A DNA stretch of 64,000 nucleotides from positions 352,001 to 416,000 of the forward strand of contig CAVZMI010000023.1 of NCBI GenBank assembly GCA_963776275.1, given 5' to 3'. The translations under genes and the position numbers were made by a program. Positions 57,920-64,000 of this stretch are shown here, one piece after another (the stretch's first letter is position 1; every line of letters begins with the position of its first letter). The notes below the pieces were generated by a model that was not told the DNA's origin, ran no database searches, and saw only the letters and a program-made list of their open reading frames with translations. This DNA is from Ignavibacteriota bacterium. GTDB taxonomy: Bacteria > Bacteroidota > Ignavibacteria > UBA10030 > CAVZMI01.

Positions 57920-59254
57920 TCAACGGCCAATACGCCCTTTTATCTTCCCGCTCTTCATAAACCCATCGTAGTGACGCATTAAAAGATGCGATTCCATCTG
58001 TTGCAATGTATCGAGCGCAACGCCTACAACGATGAGCAAACTTGTCCCGCCAAAGAATTGTGACATCTCACCCGAAATGCCGAAGCGTGAGGCAAATGCC
58101 GGAAATATGGCAATGATCGCCAGAAAAATTGAACCGGGCAATGTTATCTTTGTCAGGATATTATCAATAAAATCAGATGTATGCTTACCCGGCCGGATAC
58201 CCGGAATAAAACCACCCTGTTTCTGCATATTGTCGGCGACATCTTTCGGATTGAACGCAATTGCAGTATAGAAATAGGTGAACAAGATGATCATAATTCC
58301 ATATATCACCGAGTATATTGCCGATGTATAATGGAAATATTCCGAAATGCCTTGCATGAATTCGCTTTCGGGAAAGAACGTCAAAATGGTCTGTGGAATG
58401 AACATGATTGCTTGAGCGAAAATAATCGGCATGACGCCTGCGGTATTTACACGCATCGGGATGTATTGCGTCACTCCGCCGTACACTTTCCTGCCGACTA
58501 CCCGTTTCGCATACTGCACCGGAATCCTGCGTGTTCCCTGCGTAACCATCACAACACCGGCAATAACAAACACGAGAATAATTATAACAACAATTTCTAC
58601 GATCAGACTCCGTGTACCGGAAGTTACAAGCTGGTACTCATGTAATACCGCAATAGGGAATCGCGCAATAATACCTATAAAAATAATTAGAGAAATACCG
58701 TTCCCGATACCTCGTTCTGTGATCTGTTCACCAAGCCACATCATAAACATAGTACCCGCTGTTAGAACAATCATCGTCGATAACATAAATCCTGCACCCT
58801 GAACCGGGACGAACGGAAATCCCTGAAAAGCTTGACTTTGCAACTGGACGCTCATTCCAAAGGCCTGGAGCATTGAAATGATTACTGTCCCGTACCGTGT
58901 GTATTGCGTAATCTTCTTTCTTCCTTCTTCCCCTTCCTTCGTCAATCTCTGAAAATAAGGGAATACAGCACCAAGCATCTGGATGACGATTGAAGCGCTG
59001 ATATACGGCATAACGCCGAGGGCGAAAACCGCCGCATGACTGAACGCACCTCCAACGAAGAGGTCATATAAACCAAAGAGCGTATTGCTGCTCGCCTGTC
59101 GTGCAGCCTGAGCTATCAATGCGGCATCGACACCCGGTATCGTGATGTGTGCGCCGATACGGACGACAATTAGAACAGCCGCAGTATAGATAATCCGCTG
59201 GCGAAGTTCCGTTATTTTGAATACGTTGCGAAAACTCTCGTTCAGTGTACTCAT
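57920..59254 (-). CDS. secY: Preprotein translocase subunit SecY
   Basis: FALGVMPYISASI, WLGEQIT.RGIGNG.S, GVMPIIFA, IPGIRPG, GGTSLLI.VGV. Confidence 0.99.
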   Translation of the reverse strand: MSTLNESFRNVFKITELRQRIIYTAAVLIVVRIGAHITIPGVDAALIAQAARQASSNTLFGLYDLFVGGAFSHAAVFALGVMPYISASIVIQMLGAVFPYFQRLTKEGEEGRKKITQYTRYGTVIISMLQAFGMSVQLQSQAFQGFPFVPVQGAGFMLSTMIVLTAGTMFMMWLGEQITERGIGNGISLIIFIGIIARFPIAVLHEYQLVTSGTRSLIVEIVVIIILVFVIAGVVMVTQGTRRIPVQYAKRVVGRKVYGGVTQYIPMRVNTAGVMPIIFAQAIMFIPQTILTFFPESEFMQGISEYFHYTSAIYSVIYGIMIILFTYFYTAIAFNPKDVADNMQKQGGFIPGIRPGKHTSDFIDNILTKITLPGSIFLAIIAIFPAFASRFGISGEMSQFFGGTSLLIVVGVALDTLQQMESHLLMRHYDGFMKSGKIKGRIGR

Positions 59255-59745
59255 GCGTTCTTCGTCTGTGAGGGAACAGCGTTAGTTATATGGACTTTTC
59301 CTCCCACCGCCTCAATCTTTTGCACCGCTGATTTGCTGAAAGCATGTGCCGTGACGTCAAGTGAAGCTTTGAGCTCACCTGTGCCAAGGATTTTCACAGG
59401 GACTTTCTTTTTTGAAACCACGCCAAGTTCATAGAGAATCTCCGGCGTGATCTTTCCATCGCTCACTTTTCCATCTGAGGATAATTTCTCAAGGGTCAGG
59501 ATATTAACCCCCTGGTACTCGACGCGAAAGGGACTAACAAAACCGAATTTCGGGATACGCCGTACAAGGGGCATCTGACCGCCTTCGAACCAGGGACGAT
59601 ATCGGTTACCGGAGCGTGCCCCTGCACCTTTGTGTCCACGTGTCGACGTTCCACCGTGACCAGAACCCTGACCGCGTCCGATTCGTTTTCTTGGTCTTCG
59701 GGAACCCTGTGCATAGTGAAGATTTCCAAGTATATTCCGTACCAT
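59251..59745 (-). CDS. rplO: 50S ribosomal protein L15
   Basis: R.GRG.GSG.G.T..RGHKG..ARSG, FEGGQMPL.RR.PK.GF. Confidence 0.99.
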   Translation of the reverse strand: MVRNILGNLHYAQGSRRPRKRIGRGQGSGHGGTSTRGHKGAGARSGNRYRPWFEGGQMPLVRRIPKFGFVSPFRVEYQGVNILTLEKLSSDGKVSDGKITPEILYELGVVSKKKVPVKILGTGELKASLDVTAHAFSKSAVQKIEAVGGKVHITNAVPSQTKNA

Positions 59746-59766
59746 AAAAAATTCAATCCTTCTCGT

Positions 59767-59958
59767 TTATTTCACTTCTTCGACGGTCACCAGGTGTTTT
59801 ACAACTCTTATCATTCCCCGGATTTGCGCCGTATCGGTTTTGATCACCGAATAATTCGGGCGGCCGAGTCCGAGTGCTTTAATAGTCCGTTTTTGTTTTT
59901 CCAGCCGATCAGTAGTACTCTTGGTCTGTGTAATCTTTATTTTCTTTTGTTCGCTCAT
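59767..59958 (-). CDS. rpmD: 50S ribosomal protein L30
   Basis: KITQ.KS, T..ALGL, RGM...V.HLV. Confidence 0.97.
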   Translation of the reverse strand: MSEQKKIKITQTKSTTDRLEKQKRTIKALGLGRPNYSVIKTDTAQIRGMIRVVKHLVTVEEVK

Positions 59959-59970
59959 AATTTGGATCCC

Positions 59971-60474
59971 TTACCCGTTGAAAAGTTCGCTCGTGGTTAT
60001 TCCGCGGCGGGCGGCGACTGTTTTTGCGTCTTGAAGCATGAGCAGAGCCTTCATGGTCGCTTTAACCGCATTGTGGGGATTAGAGGATCCCATCGATTTT
60101 GTAAGAACATCCCTGACCCCAGCTGATTCAAGTACTGCACGCACGCCTCCGCCGGCAATTAATCCTGTACCGGGTGAGGCGGGTTTCAGAAGAACCTTTC
60201 CGGCTCCGAATTTTCCCGTCACCGCGTGGGGGATGGTTCCCTTGAGGATGTTTACTTTCACGACATTCTTCTTTGCATCGTCAATCCCTTTGGCGATAGC
60301 GTTGGTTACTTCATTTGCCTTGCCGAGACCGATGCCAACGTGTCCGTTGCCGTCGCCAACAACCACGATCGCATTAAAGCTAAACCGGCGTCCGCCTTTA
60401 ACAACTTTCGCAACGCGATTGACATGGACGAGTTTGTCTTTCAACTCGATTTCACTTGCTTTAATTTTTGACAC
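59971..60474 (-). CDS. rpsE: 30S ribosomal protein S5
   Basis: [28 protein letters not shown]. Confidence 0.99.
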   Translation of the reverse strand: MSKIKASEIELKDKLVHVNRVAKVVKGGRRFSFNAIVVVGDGNGHVGIGLGKANEVTNAIAKGIDDAKKNVVKVNILKGTIPHAVTGKFGAGKVLLKPASPGTGLIAGGGVRAVLESAGVRDVLTKSMGSSNPHNAVKATMKALLMLQDAKTVAARRGITTSELFNG

Positions 60475-60507
60475 GAGAAAACTCCAATATTAGATAACGT
60501 TAAGATC

Positions 60508-60876
60508 TTAAAGCTTGAGTCCGCCTTCGCGAGCTCCTTCCGCCAATGCCTGAACGCATCCATGATAGCGGAATCCGTTACGATCGAACACCACCTGATG
60601 AATATTTTTTTCAAGCGCTTTTTTCGCCGATGCAATCCCAACCTGCTTCGAAATTTCTTTCGGACGCATTCCTTCTTTCAACGACTCTCGCACTTCTTTT
60701 GTCAGAGACGAGACAGCGACAAGCGTTTTTCCAGTCGAGTCATCAATAATTTGCGCGTAGATATGCTTGAGACTTCGATAGACCGATAGCCGCGGACAGT
60801 CGGTAGTCCCTTCAACAGTCTTTCGAATATGTTGTTTGATTTTTTTTCGATGATATTGTTTGTCTTTTACTTTCAT
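60508..60876 (-). CDS. rplR: 50S ribosomal protein L18
   Basis: PRLSVYRS.KHIYAQIIDD, VVFDR.G..YHG. Confidence 0.99.
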   Translation of the reverse strand: MKVKDKQYHRKKIKQHIRKTVEGTTDCPRLSVYRSLKHIYAQIIDDSTGKTLVAVSSLTKEVRESLKEGMRPKEISKQVGIASAKKALEKNIHQVVFDRNGFRYHGCVQALAEGAREGGLKL

Positions 60877-60896
60877 GGCTGATAGGCCTTTAAATA

Positions 60897-61445
60897 TTAT
60901 TTCCCAACAGTTGCTGCTGCTTTTCCAGCTTTCCGCCGGATATATTCACCTTCGTATTTAACTCCTTTTCCTTTATATGGTTCGGGCGGGCGGAATGATC
61001 GAATTTTCGCTGCAACCTGCCCGACAAGTTGTTTATCAATGCCGGAGATAGTGATGTTTGTTAATGTCGGTGCAGCCAGAGTAATCCCTTCCGGTGGACC
61101 GAATAGAATTGGGTGGGAATATCCGAGTGCAATCAGAATTTTCTTTCCCTTCATTTCAGCTTTGTAGCCAACTCCGACGATCTCAAGTTTCTTCTCATAT
61201 CCCTCGGTGACACCCTTTACCATGTTTGCAATCAACGCACGCCATAATCCATGCAATGCTCGATGAGATTTATCGTCGGCGTGGCGGGAGACGCGTACTT
61301 CACTATTTTTCACTTCAACGGTGATATCCGGGTGTACCTTGGCCTGGAGTTCGCCTTTGGGGCCTTTTACTTTCACAACGCCGTCTGCAACCTTAACTTT
61401 TATACCTGCGGCAATCTGTACCGGTTTACGTCCTATACGTGACAC
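60897..61445 (-). CDS. rplF: 50S ribosomal protein L6
   Basis: MSRIG.KP, KGPKG.L, GVGYK, RPPEPYKGKG. Confidence 0.99.
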   Translation of the reverse strand: MSRIGRKPVQIAAGIKVKVADGVVKVKGPKGELQAKVHPDITVEVKNSEVRVSRHADDKSHRALHGLWRALIANMVKGVTEGYEKKLEIVGVGYKAEMKGKKILIALGYSHPILFGPPEGITLAAPTLTNITISGIDKQLVGQVAAKIRSFRPPEPYKGKGVKYEGEYIRRKAGKAAATVGK

Positions 61446-61480
61446 TGCACTATCTCCTTACCATACACAACAGTTTAATA

Positions 61481-61876
61481 CTACCAAATTCTACACACAA
61501 CCTCGCCGCCAACATGCTGGCGTCGGGCTTCTTTTTCTGTCATCACACCGTGTGATGTAGAAATAATTGCCATTCCGAGTCCATTCAACACTCTTGGAAG
61601 ATGTTCCGAATCGGCATAGACGCGGCGTCCCGGTGTACTGATCCGTTCCAGACCGTTTATGACGCCTTTCCCTTCATAGTACTTGAAATAAATACGCAGG
61701 ATACCTTGTTTCCCATCGCTGATTTCGGTGTAACTTGCGACAAACTTCTGTTGAAGAAGGATTTTTGTCAGCTCACGTTTTAACCAAGACGCCGGAATAT
61801 CAACTTTTTTATGATGCGCCTGCAACGCATTTCGGATCCGCGTCAGGTAATCCGCAATCGGATCAGTCATTGACAT
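61481..61876 (-). CDS. rpsH: 30S ribosomal protein S8
   Basis: MSMTDPIADYLTRIRNA, S.PG.RVY, GLG.AI.STS.G; ATG 61876. Confidence 0.99.
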   Translation of the reverse strand: MSMTDPIADYLTRIRNALQAHHKKVDIPASWLKRELTKILLQQKFVASYTEISDGKQGILRIYFKYYEGKGVINGLERISTPGRRVYADSEHLPRVLNGLGMAIISTSHGVMTEKEARRQHVGGEVVCRIW

Positions 61877-61905
61877 GCAATTTTCCTCTCTAAATAAACG
61901 TATTT

Positions 61906-62091
61906 CTACCAGCTTGCTTTTCGAACACCCGGAATTTTCCCTTCCAGTGCCATTTTCCGGAAGCAGAGTCTGCAAATACCAAATTTCCTGTAGTATGACC
62001 GCGGTCGACCGCAAATACTGCAGCGGTTATGGATGCGGACCTTAAATTTTGGCGTTTTCTTCGCCTTTACTCTCATAGCTAATCGAGCCAC
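61906..62091 (-). CDS. rpsN: 30S ribosomal protein S14 (short Zn-binding type Z)
   Basis: [10 protein letters not shown]......CRLCFR.....G.IPGV.KASW. Confidence 0.98.
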   Translation of the reverse strand: MARLAMRVKAKKTPKFKVRIHNRCSICGRPRSYYRKFGICRLCFRKMALEGKIPGVRKASW

Positions 62092-62119
62092 AGAATCATC
62101 CTTCCAGATACTATTGACA

Positions 62120-62767
62120 TTATGCCTGCACTGGAGCAGTATCGCGTTTCACAAAAGGCATTCCGAGTGCTTTCAGAAGTTCGTACGCTTCCTCATCGGT
62201 CTTCGCCGTCGTAACGAACGATACATCCATCCCCAAGATTTTTGTCACTTTATCAACATCAATCTCCGGGAAAATGATCTGCTCTTTGACGCCGACGGTG
62301 TAATTTCCACGACCGTCGAAGGACTTGTCTGACATACCGCGGAAGTCACGGATGCGCGGGACAGCGATGCTAATAAACCGATCAAGAAATTCATACATAC
62401 GCGCACGTCTTAATGTCACACGGACTCCGATCGGCACGTTTTCGCGAAGCTTAAAGTTCGAGATCGATTTCCGTGACTTTGTAATCACTGCTTTTTGACC
62501 TGTGATAATTTCCAATTCACGTATGGCGATATCGATCAGTTTCGGATCCTGAGTCGCTGCACCGAGTCCGCTATTGATGCAAATCTTCTCTAGATGCGGT
62601 ACCTGCATGATGTTCTTGTAGTTGAATCGTTTCATCATATATGGTACAATCTCTTGTTTGAATCGCTCATGCAACCGCACCGGCACTTTCTCTTCGATCA
62701 ACTTTTTCTTTTGAGCAGCGGGAGCTTCGGCTGCAGTCCGTGGTTTTTTTTCTTTCACTTTACCCAT
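62120..62767 (-). CDS. rplE: 50S ribosomal protein L5
   Basis: GQK...[35 protein letters not shown]. Confidence 0.99.
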   Translation of the reverse strand: MGKVKEKKPRTAAEAPAAQKKKLIEEKVPVRLHERFKQEIVPYMMKRFNYKNIMQVPHLEKICINSGLGAATQDPKLIDIAIRELEIITGQKAVITKSRKSISNFKLRENVPIGVRVTLRRARMYEFLDRFISIAVPRIRDFRGMSDKSFDGRGNYTVGVKEQIIFPEIDVDKVTKILGMDVSFVTTAKTDEEAYELLKALGMPFVKRDTAPVQA

Positions 62768-62785
62768 AGCGCACTTCTCGTTTTA

Positions 62786-63109
62786 TTAAAACATTTCGCC
62801 GTTTACGCGTGCCACACGAACATGTTTCTTTCTGCCTGTCGCCGGATCGATCACCGATGCACCACCGACGCGGGTCGGCTTTCCACTTTTCGGATCGACT
62901 ACCATGACATTTGAAACATGTATCGGGGCTTCTTTCTGGACGATACCTCCCTGCGGATTCCGCTGTGACGGTTTTGTATGCCGTTTCATAATATTCACCC
63001 CTTCGACAATGAGGCGGTTCTTTCCCGGAAACAGCTTCAATACTTTGCCGGTCTTTCCGCGGCTATTACCGGAAATCACAATAACGGTATCGCTTTTTCG
63101 TATTTTCAT
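62786..63109 (-). CDS. rplX: 50S ribosomal protein L24
   Basis: D.V.VISG..RGK.GKV, VEGVN, EAPIH.SNV. Confidence 0.99.
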   Translation of the reverse strand: MKIRKSDTVIVISGNSRGKTGKVLKLFPGKNRLIVEGVNIMKRHTKPSQRNPQGGIVQKEAPIHVSNVMVVDPKSGKPTRVGGASVIDPATGRKKHVRVARVNGEMF

Positions 63110-63127
63110 AAATTCTCCGCTACACTC

Positions 63128-63496
63128 TCACAGGACTTCTGGTGCTAATGAGACAATTTTCATGTATTGCTTTTCACGAAGTTCACGGGCAACGGGACCA
63201 AAGATACGTGTTCCCCGCGGTTCTCCTTGAGGGTTCAATAATACTGCTGCATTTTCATCGAACCGGATAAACGTACCGTCTTTCCGCCGGGTCTCTTTTT
63301 TTGTCCGGACGATGACTGCACGAGAAATTTCTCCTTTTTTGATTGCCGCTCCGGGGATAGCGCTTTTAACTGAGACAACGATAAGATCCCCTACACCGGC
63401 ATAACGGCGATCATGACCACCCAATACGCGAATACAACGAATCTTCTTCGCCCCGGAGTTATCAGCCACCACTAGGTTTGTTTCTTCCTGGATCAT
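63128..63496 (-). CDS. rplN: 50S ribosomal protein L14
   Basis: [36 protein letters not shown]. Confidence 0.99.
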   Translation of the reverse strand: MIQEETNLVVADNSGAKKIRCIRVLGGHDRRYAGVGDLIVVSVKSAIPGAAIKKGEISRAVIVRTKKETRRKDGTFIRFDENAAVLLNPQGEPRGTRIFGPVARELREKQYMKIVSLAPEVL

Positions 63497-63520
63497 ACTA
63501 ACCTCCTTGCAGGGTGATCG

Positions 63521-63781
63521 TTACTTTGCCTTCTCGAGAATCGCAACCAACCGCCAGCGTTTACGTGCACTCAGCGGACGCATTTCCATAATCTTCACTT
63601 TATCACCGATACTGGCTTCACTTTTTTCATCATGTGCCATCAACCGGCTCGTATGTTTCAAGCGCTTTTTAAACAACGGGTGAGCAATCTGTTGTTCAAT
63701 CGCAACAACGATACTTTTTTGCATTTTATTGCTGACCACAGTTCCGACACGTACCTTGCGCCGTGTTGTTCTTTCTGCCAT
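63521..63781 (-). CDS. rpsQ: 30S ribosomal protein S17
   Basis: G.VVS.KM.KSIVV, AHDE, RPLS..KRWRL. Confidence 0.99.
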   Translation of the reverse strand: MAERTTRRKVRVGTVVSNKMQKSIVVAIEQQIAHPLFKKRLKHTSRLMAHDEKSEASIGDKVKIMEMRPLSARKRWRLVAILEKAK

Positions 63782-63800
63782 GATTTCTCTCTACTCCTTA

Positions 63801-64000
63801 CTATACTGGTTGATTCCGCCTTTCCGAAGCCTGGTGGCTCTGACGCTCGTGTAGCACCGTCAATATCCGGGCGACATCTCGGCGGGTTGTACGTAAAAGT
63901 GCAGTGCTTTCCACCTGGCTTGTCCCATGGAGGAATCGCAATTTCCCGAGAGAATCGCGGCTCTCCTGAAGGCGCTTCTCCAATTCTATTGTTGTCATTT
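63801..64000 (-). CDS. rpmC: 50S ribosomal protein L29 (5' end probably outside the window)
   Basis: L..LRF....Q......R..RR.VARI.TV; canonical position before rpsQ. Confidence 0.92.
   Translation of the reverse strand, partial: MTTIELEKRLQESRDSLGKLRFLHGTSQVESTALLRTTRRDVARILTVLHERQSHQASERRNQPV

Noticed and set aside
57136-59254. adk missing between secY and map
   Set aside because: secY-map-infA without adk is a usual arrangement in this group
958-63998. Numerous 60-220-aa antisense or alternate-frame ORFs in the ORF track
   Set aside because: They are shadows of well-supported genes and lack SDs and motifs

Overview
64-kb chromosomal segment, almost entirely minus-strand coded, from an FCB-group bacterium. 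It is most likely Ignavibacteria/Kryptonia-like (inference): it has T9SS sorting domains and a PorV-family gene, yet uses canonical TTGACA-N17-TATAAT promoters and strong AGGAGG Shine-Dalgarno sites, which Bacteroidia do not. The right end holds the S10(end)-spc-alpha ribosomal superoperon (rpmC to rplQ, with secY, map, infA, rpoA) and engB. The rest holds housekeeping genes (dnaG, dut, rsmI, comEC, dtd, prmC, udk, ssb), a cobalamin riboswitch-btuB-nrdJ unit and several T9SS cargo genes. Two envelope modules are the best candidates for undescribed systems. (1) 18555-28756: a ~2100-aa TANFOR-like giant protein, a six-FN3 protein and a 601-aa usher-like beta-barrel. None has a T9SS CTD, and they are followed by an AT-rich propeller gene and nested MITE scars. 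(2) 45184-52777: a TonB-dependent transporter, a 1063-aa T9SS surface protein and a dedicated PorV-like barrel, behind a ~375-nt leader with a 49-codon uORF. Intergenic hairpins and the riboswitch carry nested short palindromic insertions. Six single-base frameshifts, including one in essential rpsD, point to assembly indel errors rather than biology. No database searches were run; family calls come from motif recognition.
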